NCBI GenBank assembly: GCA_051047955.1 | Contig: JBPGPT010000001.1 | Location: 868,001-932,000, forward strand | Direction: 5' to 3' | DNA: 64,000 nucleotides | From: Cystobasidiomycetes sp. EMM_F5 | Taxonomy: Eukaryota | In this document: positions 1-10,700 of the stretch, piece by piece | How positions within the stretch are numbered: position 1 is the first letter of the stretch | How the letters are laid out: each line of letters begins with the position of its first letter | Notes under the pieces: generated by a model | Seen by the model: the letters and a program-made list of their open reading frames with translations, nothing else | What the model was told of the DNA's origin: nothing | Database searches by the model: none | Program-made: the position numbers and the translations under genes

Positions 1-578
1 AGGCGATGCTGCACGTATCTGGGATAGAAGGTTCTGCTCAATAAACTCGGCATGCAATTCCTGGCAAAGACGAGCTGAGCGAATTCTTCGGGACGTGGAA
101 CAGAGCACATACCACAATCTCCCAGTCGTCGGCGGTGACGGGCTCGACACTGACGGACGCAGCGGCTGGAAGATTTCGCAAGAGGTCTATGGAGACCTGC
201 GGAGATTCGAGTCAGAACGGCGACGCGGGATGTTCGCAGGGGATTACAGCGCACCTCCTGCCCATCTCGCAGCCCTAGCTCGAGGGCGCAGACGGGGTCC
301 ATCTCGACCGTCTCGTTGCTCTTTGCTGCGATGGCTGCTGCCCCACCCACCACTCGACTCGGCATCCCGGACCACCCAACGTAGGCCAATTTCTGCGCGA
401 CATTAGTATTTTTGTGCTGGCTGTCGCTGCCTCTGCTGCTCGCATTTCCAGGAGCCAGGCACACGACGACGCTCTGAGGGGTGACGCCGCGAGAGACGAG
501 CTGGCCGTACACGCTCAAGGGGAGGTTGACTAGGCATGTCTGGAGGGGCAGCAGCCTCAGCGTGGCTCGCCGTGGCAT
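1..578 (-). CDS. PEX1: Peroxisome biogenesis AAA ATPase Pex1, N-terminal part (runs off the window edge)
   Basis: Manual minus-strand translation from ATG at 578 across two introns: MPRRATLRLLPLQTCLVNLPLSVY...AYVGWSGMPS...VEMDPVCALELGL...VSVEPVTADDWEIV|ELHAEFIEQNLLSQIRA. These are the characteristic fungal Pex1 N-domain motifs. Missing from the ORF track because it is open at the edge. Confidence 0.88.
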   Translation of the reverse strand, partial: MPRRATLRLLPLQTCLVNLPLSVYGQLVSRGVTPQSVVVCLAPGNASSRGSDSQHKNTNVAQKLAYVGWSGMPSRVVGGAAAIAAKSNETVEMDPVCALELGLRDGQEVRCNPLRTSRVAVLTRISAGLHRPLAKSSSRCVRQCRARHRRRLGDCGMCSVPRPEEFAQLVFARNCMPSLLSRTFYPRYVQHR

Positions 579-744
579 GGGTGGACTCTCATAAAAGCTG
601 AAGGGGCAGTCTGCATAATCACAACCGAGACATATTTTGTTGTCAATCCTTTGCTTTCGGCAACGCTAATAACAGTTCTAATACCCACACTGGCCATTAC
701 AAGCATTGGCACGCACGCAGAGTACTTGTTGTGCGTCTACGGCC

Positions 745-1789
745 ATGCGCATAGCAGTCACCGGTTCGTCCGGCAACGTCGGTGCGGCCACCGTACACTA
801 CATACTCGAGCACGGCGGAGAGGCAGTCTCTATCCTTGGATTGGACATAACAGCGCCCACGCAGATCCTACCCGACAGTCTCAAACCTCGCTTCGAGTTC
901 AAACGCCTCGATTCTACCGTCTATGACGATGTCCACCAAGCGTTTCGAGGCTGCGACGCCATCATACATTGCGCTGCTTTGCCCACAGTTGGCAAGTTTC
1001 CCGCGCCGCTTATACACAACACGTACGTCGGCCAGTGTTGTGTGCTGTCGGATTTATTCGGATTGATTGACCATGCCTACAGCAATGTCGTTTCCTCTTA
1101 CAATGCTCTGCACGCCGCTGCATCCTTGGGCATCACCCGCGTCGTCCAGCTGTCCAGCATAAACGCCATCGGAGCATGCTACACGCCATATCTACTCGAT
1201 TTCCACTACCTTCCCCTCGACGAAAGCCACCCCTTCATCGGGGCTGACCCCTACGCCCTATCCAAGCAGGTCTGCGAGCTGCAGGCCGACCAGATCGCTC
1301 GTGCTTTCCCAAATACCCGTATCGCCTCGATTCGGCCGCACGCTTGTCTGGAACAACCCCCGTCAATACCAGAGTCGCCAGAGTCGCTCGCGAAATACGG
1401 TAGGACTTATTCCTGGGACAGTCAAATCAATGTAAACGACGTATTTGGATGGGTGGTACGTTTGCCATATGCGAGCAACGACAGGCCAGTCCATTCTAAA
1501 AGGTCTTGCCGTACAGCTCATGACGGAAGTTGCGAGAGCGTGCTGGTTAGGCATCGTATCGGAAGGTTGGGCAGGAGCCGAAGCATTCTACATTGTGGCA
1601 CCGACCAACAACGTGTACGAGAAGCTGGGGCCGGACGCTCCAGGGAGTCTCAGTCTGGCGCAAAAGTATCATTCCGGCGCCAAGCTGCGAGATGGGTGGT
1701 TTGACGATAAAGACGAAGGGAGACGCGGTCGGGGCTTCTTTGATTGCTCAAAAGCCGAGAGATTGTTGGGGTGGAAGCACACCGTCTAA
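745..1789 (+). CDS. NAD-dependent epimerase/dehydratase (extended SDR family)
   Basis: MRIAVTGSSGNVG Rossmann motif, IIHCAA, SSINA, YALSK (YxxxK), C-terminal FDCSKAERLLGW; two introns (~1023-1082, ~1456-1517). Confidence 0.88.
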
Positions 1790-1810
1790 TGTGCTGTCTG
1801 TTGTATAGAA

Positions 1811-2404
1811 TCATTCCCAGATTGGCTTTCTCGGACGTACTTTGCCCAATACGAGGCCAGACGACCCTTCGGCCATGCTGATAAGATCTGCAAACGCATC
1901 GAAAGCGTACAGTTTCTGCAAGCTGCCCTGTTGTCGCGCGGCCTTTGCGTTGAGCATGGAGGGCCTCGACATGAACAAGGCCTCCGGAAGAAGCTTTGCG
2001 GACTGTCGGCGTCTGATGTGACGGGGAGGGTCTACGTGATAGCGCATGTTGGCCAGACTCTGTGTGAGCTTGTGGGGCACTCCGTTGCTCAAGGATGATC
2101 GATGGAGCAGTCTCAGTGTATGTTCAGCTTTTGACCCAACAGCAGATAAACGCCGTCAGCACTGTGCACACTTGAACGACCTGCTGATAGCTGACTGACT
2201 CCGCCTTGCAAATTCTAACCACGCCTCTGGCTTTACTGATCCTGGTTCCTTTGCTGCAGCCATCCAGATGTCAAACTCTGGCCGATACAATGCCCGCAGA
2301 TTCGGCTTGGCTGGCCGGGCATACAGCACGGCTGCAGTCGCATAGCGGAGTACGGCCTTGTACAGCTGGGCGACCTGCCGTGGCGTGGGCTTGACCGCTG
2401 TCAT
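1811..2404 (-). CDS. Small conserved fungal protein with LYR-like N-terminus (possibly mitochondrial)
   Basis: MTAVKPTPRQVAQLYKAVLRYATAAVLYARPAKPNLRALYRPEF..., spliced to exon 1811-2092 ending MAEGSSGLVLGK; LY(K/R)xxLR-type start. Confidence 0.55.
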
Positions 2405-2693
2405 TTGCTGCAAGACAAAGCATAGCAAAAAACGCCACCAATTTTGACAGAGCAAAGAAAGAGCAGTGACAGACCTCGAAAGATTAGGAATTGTCCGCAA
2501 TACATTTGTAATCTTGCATTCTATGTCAGTCATATCTGAGTGATCCTTCGCTATACTACCCCGCTCTTGCGTTCCATTGCTGTCCCTTGCCATAGTCTGT
2601 CAACCCAAGCAAGGCCCGTGCGCGGCTACATAGGCAAAAAAGGCCAGAATACCTCTCATATTCTGAGCTGAATTGTGACTTAGCTTAACCTAG

Positions 2694-3271
2694 GCGGGTA
2701 CTACATTCGTATCCCTATCGAAAAGGGCCATGCCCAGTCGCTCCACCGCCTGGTCTTGGCACTGAATGGGTAGGCGCGTTTCTGTTGCGCAGCTGAATTG
2801 ATGCTGAAAACGTTGCTTTACAGTCGTGACGAAGTCTTGAAGCTCTACAAGGAGAATTGGGATGCTTCCCACCTGTGCCATCAGCCAACGTGCCTGAATC
2901 CTCAGCACATCATCGCGGAGAGTCATGAAGACAACTTGTCTAGACGTGAATGCGCAGGAAAGGTGAGTCAGCGCCCGAATTTGATCTATTAGTTACTGAA
3001 ATCAGCTCGGCAGACCGTATATGTCGGCGAATCTCGCGGACAGGTCTGGGAGATCCAGCCAGAAGCGTGCAAGCACACTCCTGCTTGCATCTACAAGGTC
3101 CAAGCCGTCAATGGAGTGCGCGAGCTGGACAAGGAGTCTATTGAAGACTTCAATCTCCTCCTCAACTGGCAGTGCCGCAAGGAGGTTCATGAGAAGGCTG
3201 TCCTCGATTTTGACAAGGCCAACAAAGCCCGAGAGAATAAACGCCCAGCAAAGAAGGCTAAGACTGAGTGA
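2694..3271 (+). CDS. His-Cys box / His-Me finger endonuclease (zf-His_Me_endon-like), copy 1; 5' end unresolved
   Basis: Removing introns 2770-2823 and 2963-3013 gives GYYIRIPIEKGHAQSLHRLVLALNGRDEVLKLYKENWDASHLCHQPTCLNPQHIIAESHEDNLSRRECAGKTVYVGESRGQVWEIQPEACKHTPACIY...KRPAKKAKTE*. Contains SHLCH-x3-C-x-NP-x-H-x8-N-x2-R-x2-C plus CxHxPxC. Confidence 0.85.
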
Positions 3272-3392
3272 GAAGATGAAAGTGGGTCAGTCGACTGTAG
3301 CTTCCCTATTTCGTATTACTTGCTTACCAGCTACGTAGCTCCAGAAAACCGCAATTGGGGTGAGGTAGTAGGTTTGAAAAGCAAAGTAAGCC

Positions 3393-5240
3393 TCAGATTA
3401 GACGGAGAACACTCTTGTTGTGGTAGAAGTCGGTAGCGAGATCCAGGGTCTGTCCGGACTGTGTCGGAATCAGATGTGGCGGTTTTTTACTGGAAAGCGT
3501 TCCAAGGGCGAAGACTTCGCCATATGCATATTTGCGAGCGAAAGTTAGTCGTTCTACATCACCGAGATGACGCGGCTGCGGATCTTTTCGCTGTAACCAA
3601 TCCACTGACAAAAAGACGTGGCGTGTCCGGTGCCAGGTGTGGGCGAAGATCGCTCTGATCCGGCATAAAGTCGTCTCGCCGATGCCAGTGTTCATGTGAA
3701 CAAATGAGCCTGTGCGGATTGTCACTCTTTGGTGCAGAATATTGTCGTACATCCGCAATTTTTTGTAATTGACGATTCGACCAGAATCTCCACGGAAGTC
3801 GACTGAATCGATACCGTAAAATAGCGAGTAGGCGGCTTTGACGGCTTCGGCGAGAGCTCGTAGACCAGTAGCGGAATTCCCATCTTGCGAAGCCTGACTT
3901 AGATGAACGACAAAGCGGTTTTGCAGGACTTCAGTGCGCCTCAAGGGCTTGTACAGCGCGATGTCGAAGAATCTGGCCAGAACATGAGAGTATGTTTTCG
4001 CACATCTTTCATTGAGTATCACCTACCTCTCCTCAATAGCCTTGACGGGAAATCCGTGCTGCCCCTTAGGGCCTGCATCTCCATGGACGATGTTGTCGTA
4101 ATAGTAGCCTTGAAATAGGAGGGGACACGCTTCTCGCAAGCGATGTAGAGCTGAACTCCAATCCTCTGGATCATCTGGACAGCGATTGACCATCACCAAC
4201 CGCAAAGCTTGACCAAGATTGTCCGTGTGGAGAAAACTGCGTTCGACGTCGCGATTGTTTGTGTGTGGCATAGTAGATTTGGCGATTCTGTGTATCATTT
4301 CATCCATAGCGCAGCTGGCGTTCATAAGATTGCCCAGAGCCCTCGCAGAGGCAGCGAGATGTAGACCAGTATGCATATTCGGAAAAGCATAGTCCAGCTT
4401 GAAAGGCTTGAACAGAGCAGCTGATTGCTCTCGAGACTCTCTAGCAGTCAGGTCCACCAAAGCATACATTTCCTCCGTAAAATCGCGCTGTAGAGCCACT
4501 GCGATATGTTTGCTGACCGCGACGGACGTGGCGATGACCTGACTGAGAGCTTGATCTTTGGTTTTGCCCAAAGCCTTGAGCGCTGTCGATTTCATGCCGT
4601 TATTCTTGACGTTGGGTAACACCGTATGTAGTACTAGCGGGAGGACTGACACCATCGCTACCGCTTCGTGCTGCGTGTAGCTCTGGACGTGACCAATCGA
4701 GCGGACCGATGAATATGTGGCTGGCATTACGAAGCCGCCTTTGGCGCCTTTGTTCATTGCGAGGGATATCGCATCCACTGCCTTGTCTGATAAAATCTTC
4801 TCTACTAGGGGCACCAGAAATCGGTCTTTGACCACGCCAGAAGCTATGGCATGAGACGGGTCTACAGGAAATTGACGATACGGGTCCAGAGGTAGACCAA
4901 CGCGTTCGAAAGGCGAAGGGTCTGCGCCCAATCCCTTTTCAGCAAGAATCCGCTTTCTTTCGGCTTGAGTTCCAGCATTCGATGCGATTGTTCGCACATT
5001 TTGCATAGGTCCCAGCTGACGTTGCTGCTTGAACAATGTCACGGGACTGATGGACATGTCCCCCAATTCAGATCTGTGTACAGAGCACATCCGGCATCCG
5101 TATTCAGCAGTGGGAGCCAGGCAACCTGCCATACTGTTTGCTTCGGGCATATCGAATCGTCCACAGATCACATCGACGTAAACGTTAAGCTCTTGATCGT
5201 CGATGATTGCTTTGAAAGGCCGTCGAGCATATTTGCTCAT
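3393..5240 (-). mobile_element. CACTA(EnSpm)/Plavaka-like DDE transposase with C-terminal BAH-like region; 5' exon(s) unresolved
   Basis: Motifs in the expected order: FDMPEANSMAG...GCRMC (DxP + CxxC), PVDPSHAIASGVVK (DxxH...G..K), FPNMHTGLHL...LGNL...DEMIHRIAK (PxxHxxxH...G...E..H). The apparent stop at 4023-4025 lies in a 54-nt GTAGGT...CAG intron (3973-4026) that joins ORF 4023-5240 to ORF 3393-4022. Confidence 0.8.
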
Positions 5241-5357
5241 GTGGATCAGGCTTTTCTGGAAAGAATCGTAGAAGGAGGCGCCTACCGAAGGTGTCAGCTT
5301 AAGTTTACAGAATACGAGAGTATGTTTTTCGCTGACGAAGTGCGTATTGATCTACAG

Positions 5358-5649
5358 GCTCGCTACCCGTCGGCCACTCCGGGCTGGGGAATCGGCTCTT
5401 GCAATCTACAGTCAATCTTGGTTGCAGCAAGATACGATAAGGAGTGAGTTTGACTCCATCAAATGGAAGGGAAAGCTAACTAGACGGTCTATATACAGTG
5501 ATCCTCTACTTCTAGCATACAAAGCTCAAGGTGTTGGCGGCAAGCTTCAAGCTTCGCATCTCTGCGGGGAACCGTTCTGCCTCAAGCCGATCCACATCAT
5601 TATCGAGTCTTCTTCCAAGAACAACAAACGCAAAGGTTGCTTCAATGGT
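5358..5649 (+). CDS. His-Cys box / His-Me finger endonuclease, copy 2 (core exons; both ends unresolved)
   Basis: Exon 5358-5443, intron 5444-5498 (GTGAGT..GCTAAC..CAG), exon 5499-5649: ARYPSATPGWGIGSCNLQSILVAARYDKDDPLLLAYKAQGVGGKLQASHLCGEPFCLKPIHIIIESSSKNNKRKGCFNG, followed by a GTGAGT donor at 5650. Confidence 0.78.
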
Positions 5650-5897
5650 GTGAGTCTCAAAAAACATACACTACTGATGTTTGTACAACGCTTACATGTC
5701 TGTGCATGCGATAGTTCCGCTGGGTCTTCTGCCATACTTGACATTTCATCTCGACGGTATTGCTGACGAACGCCGCATGCACAGCTTCAAATGGGTTTTT
5801 GGCCCTGCGTTGCCAGGCCCTATCCAAGGTCACTTAAGCTCAACCCTGCACTTTCACAATCTTGCAGATTTATATCGATCGCATATAGGGCTTCGAT

Positions 5898-7502
5898 ATG
5901 GTCACAACCCCTCGCGGTGCTCAACCCTCAGAGCCGGACAGCGAAGCATCTGACACATCTGACTCCGATTCGGCAACGGGTAGCACCAGTCCCGACCAGG
6001 ACGAGGCAGACGAGGACGAAAGCGGCAGTGAGGATAATCAGGCCCATGCGAAACGTGGTAGACTTGGAGAGGACTTGGTTAAGGCGGCGGACAAGCGCGG
6101 CAAGTCCAGCGACAAGAGCAGTGACGGTACGAGCGGACAAGATAGCAGCGATCTCGAGGAGGTACTCAATCGAGTCTTACGGCGACCTTCGAACAAAGCA
6201 AAACCTGAAGCTAGGACTAGCGAGGATAAACGTCGTGGTCCTGCGATAAGCGCAGACAAGACATCCAAAGCTGCAATACACCTCACACACGTCGATAAAA
6301 GTCGCTCAGTAGGGATCAAGCCGTCGAACAGTCATACGAGAACCTCGGGTAGCAAAAGTGCCCGCTCCGATGAAGCTCGTCCTCCTGCACACGCAAGTAG
6401 TGACACAGAACCGGAGCACGAACAGGGAGGCGTTGCGCAAACGAGACGTTCGGTCGGAAAGACAACAACTGCTGCCACATATAAGCCTAAGAACAAGCCT
6501 GAGAAAGGACATGAATCTGACTCCACATTCGCGTTTCCCGACTCGGAGCCCGGTTCTGAAACTTCAAAAGATGCCCGACAGGCTCAGAAACCACCCCAAA
6601 GCCACACAAGGCGATCAGCATCGGACAGAAAGCGAGCGCAGGTCGAGGGAGATCAGTCCCCTAAGGCTACATCCACCAAAAATGGCAGGCATGTTGATAC
6701 CAAAAAGCGATCCGCAAAGACTGTCGATACTGCGAAAACATCCCACAGTAGCTCCGATCTGCGCTCGCAGACGAAAAGGCGACTTTCTGGTGCGCAAGCT
6801 GTTGAACTCGCTGGAAGCACGCCGCGCAGATCGAACGGGCGGAAAGGACAACTTCCGAATGACACGCTCAACGACTCCCCAAGCAAGCGAGATCTCAAAG
6901 GCAAGCGTCGAGCTGTATTTGCAGAAGAAGTTGATATGGTCGACATTCGCGATGATTCCGATGAAACCGGATCCACTGAGAAACAAGAAAAGAAGCGTAA
7001 CAAGCCTTCATTCTCGAATAAGCAGAGGCAACCCATGAAGACGGCAGATGGCCCTCGTATGAAGGGCGAGGAGATTGTGGCAGCCTATCCCGGCGCTGTC
7101 AGTCCGTTGAGTGGAATACCACTCTTCTCAGCGGTTCACGAAGAAAGGCCTGCTTCCTCTAGCGCAGTCTCGCCGAATCGCGTCAGCTTACACCAGCTTG
7201 CACTGACACCTGGATCCGTCAAGGCGGATGAGACTCTACGAGTGAGTCCGGGAGGTCATGCTACCCCGTTGGCCGAAACTGTTCGTCATGATGGTCAGTC
7301 TCTCCGCTGAGCCGGCTTCTGAGATTCAGCTGACGCGGACATGCTAGCAGTATCACCTTCGTTGCATATGCACGCGAATAAGAAGCAACGCGTCATAAAT
7401 GCAGCCTGCGGTTGCTGCGATGTCTGCTGTGACATCATGGATATACTCTGCGGGTGCATGATGATATGTTGTGGTTACATCCAACGCTGGAGTGCAGATT
7501 GA
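5898..7502 (+). CDS. Long S/D/K/R-rich disordered protein (possibly the 3' exons of endonuclease copy 2) with a Cys-rich last exon
   Basis: 470-codon open frame 5898-7310; in-frame TAG acceptor candidate at 5886-5888; intron 7294-7347 (GTCAGT..GCTGAC..TAG) leads to a final exon ending at TGA 7502. Confidence 0.55.
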
Positions 7503-7795
7503 AACGCAAGTCGACTCTCTGCGCTCTCTTTGCCTTCGAGTTGGCCATTTCTATCGTTTGGCGCGCCTCGCGTTCGTTGACTTGGCACTTTGCGACGCTT
7601 GCGAGAAACCCTGTCGCGCCACGCAAGAAGGCTATCACAGTACTGCGACTGTGACTACCGTCGTGCAGCTTTGTTGTCATCCTGCACATACGCACATCCA
7701 GCGCTTGTGCGTAATATGTGTGACGCGATGACTACGAGGTGCGTGGTGGTATGTAGGCTAGCCGGGGACGTGGCAGGGCAGAGACGTGACGGAGA

Positions 7796-10700
7796 CTAGA
7801 CCACTGCCACGCCAGCAACAGCGGTCAACAACACTGTAGATAAAGCCATTAGCATAATATCCAATTCGACATTGTTATTAGTTACGCACTCGGATCCACA
7901 TAATCTGGTAAAGCCTTATCCAGGCGCTCGAGAAATTCCATTCCGACTCGATCTCTTGCTCCTTGTGAGTGCCACATACGATTGACGTCCAGACCGGAGA
8001 AGTCTATCCTCAATCCACCTAGAACTGCATCCGTCTGCCATTGCTCGTCATGCTTCGGTCTCTGGCCTTTCTTGCGTTGTGACTGCCGAAGCGCAGCATC
8101 AAACTGGTCTTGCCCAAGCTGTATCGTCATGGACAGCTGCCATTCCGATATGTTAAAGGAGGAAGCTTCCTGCAGCACCAAACAATATGTCAACGTTCCG
8201 CTTCTCGGCGTTTGCTATAGAGCTTGCCTTTATGTGATGTCGAGTGATCCCACGAGGCGGTTGTTCTGGAAGATCCCAGCGTATGACATCGGCATCGAAT
8301 GCAATAACTGGTGCCGCCGAAAAAAACATGTGAGTAATGCTCCGCGACATGTGTCAAATCCTTACCTGTCCAGATGATTTGCGGATGCTTGATAACGATT
8401 TGCAACTCTCTTGTCTGCTGTACTGCATTTAGACGAGACTCGACCACTTGCACCGTGAAAGAATCTTTGAACGGCGATCTATATGCAGCCGGTAAGGAAT
8501 CCAGAGGTATCTTGTAAGAGTGCAAGAACTGGCTGACGGGATATATCTGTGGATGCAGATGTCAAGCTCGTCACTGATCCTTCTGCTTGGTTACCTACTA
8601 TATCCCAATCTGGTATATCGTCATTTATGTGCGATATTTGCGGCCGATTGGACAGCTCCATGATGTCGGTCGCATCTTCGACCATCTGTGCGAATAGAGT
8701 GATGGTGTTGTCGAGTCCCGCAATATGAAGGTCCAAAGAATTGCTAGTCGTGTTCTCCATGTACAGCACGCAAACACGCTTTGGATGCATGGCGTCGAAT
8801 GACGGCCACTGCGGTGCAGCAAAGATCGCTACCACGACGGCAGTCATAATTGTCAAAAGAAGCACTAAGCGGTAAAGCATACCAGTGCCCCAGCGATGTA
8901 GTAGGGAAGGAAATACTGGAAGTACTAACGGTATCATAGCTGATACTGCCTCGCTGCATGTCAGCTGGGGTCCGTACCCTTATGGTAGACACAACAAACC
9001 TACCCGTGACGGAAATAATGTGATCCGATGGCGCAGTAGCACCCATCCTGCCGGTGAGTGGAACGATAATATCCAGAACCAGCGCAAAGCCCTCACCACC
9101 GATCAGCAGAGGGATTGCTTGACAAAGGAAGTGAGTTAGACCAGAGATGCCACGTCGCGCGGCTGATTCGCGACCTCGGATCAATACAAAATCATTAACA
9201 ATTAACGCCATAAAGATTGAAAGAGCTGGCACAGCAATGATGTAAGCCGACCTATGGAGGTAAACATTCGATAGCCGCTCTTGTCAAAGTTTTTGATCCA
9301 GTACATACATAATTCCAGCTACATGGAGTCCAAGCGTGAACGTAGATGTGTAGAGGAGCATTCCTACGAGAGAAGCATGTTCGAGCAAACCCTCTCCTGT
9401 CTTGAAGTATTTTCGCGATTCGAGGAAATGTGATAACCCAAGTTGTCCAACAGCTATACCTGTAGTGTCAATATGCAGTCAGTATAGTGCACACCAATGA
9501 GATTCTGCCACAATTTTTGAATCACCCAACAAAGTAGGAACGCCATACAGGACTAGAGCATACCACTCTTTCGTAAAATATGTCAATCTCTGGTCTAAGC
9601 ACTGGACCATGGTGAAGGCCGTAACATTTGCTGTGACGATACCAAATATGCTCGTGACGGGTATACCTATTGCGCAGATGGCGTATCCACTTCTCCTGTC
9701 GCAACGGGCCTGACGTGCCGTGTATCCAACGGCACACAACCATAAAAGGGCATAGAAGCATGTTGCAACCTGTTTCTTGACCATTAGAAAAATATTTCCA
9801 CCGAAAGCCGAAAAGAAGACCGTATCACGGGCTGGCTTTATGGCCCTAAGTTCAGCTGATGAGGGCTTGCTGGATAGATACAGCAGGATTGCCAGGACAT
9901 TCTGGCCAAAGTTCTGCAAAGCACCTGGCTCTAGCTGATCGGAAGTATCCAGACGGGTGTGATACTTGTAAGAATCCTTGATCAAAGCTATATCGAGACC
10001 AGTGAGGTTGCCATACTTGTGGAAAGTAGGCCTGGTCAGCGAGCACGAAACATTCACTCCGGAAAACTGATTACCTGGACGAATTGCCGAAAGTCGGTGT
10101 CTGAGCCAATCAAACCGGTCTGCGAAGGAATTGCCTCAGCTTTTGGGAGAGATACAATTATACTGACCACGCACCATGAACACCTCTGTCGCCATAACGG
10201 TGCCCATGGCCCGCGGGACATGCGAGTAGGCTTTGATCATTTCTGTGCTCGTGGCTTGAAAGAGCATCTCTGCTCCACCTGTTCCGCAGGCTTCCAAGTT
10301 GACAACCGCACGGACAGTGTCGCGCCAAAGATGTTTCGTAATGAACAGATGACTGGCGTCTTGTAAGGATTCCTCCGCCCCGTTAAACAGAAAGATGAGA
10401 GAATGCTTGAGCACCAGTCCAGGTGTTTGAGATATTACTCTGATTACTTCGAGCATGACAGCAACTCCTGCTGCATCATCAGCCGCGCCTAACCAAAAAA
10501 ACCAAGTTTCGTCAATTACGTATTGAGGCTGAAAATTGTGGACGCACCGGGCGACGGCAGTGTACTGTCTAGATGTGCATTGATAAGAATCGCATCTTCC
10601 ATACTTTCTTGGCCGCTGTGCAGCCGCACGACGACGTTACTGATACCCAAATACTTCTTCCATACACGCTTGCCCATAAAGTCGAACAGATGATGACCAT

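Noticed and set aside
95..406. Plus-strand 103-aa ORF
   Set aside because: Antisense shadow of PEX1.
4023..4025. Premature stop, pseudogene or read-through in the transposase
   Set aside because: The stop lies within a canonical frame-preserving 54-nt GT-AG intron.
2694..5766. Group I intron or rDNA context for the His-Cys box nucleases
   Set aside because: No rRNA sequence or recognisable group I core elements; the flanks are protein-coding genes.
2405..7795. Terminal inverted repeats, CACTA ends or target-site duplication for the putative element
   Set aside because: By-eye comparison of 2405-2690 with the reverse complement of 7500-7795 gave only a weak ~8-10 bp similarity (GCTACATA-like); element ends cannot be called.
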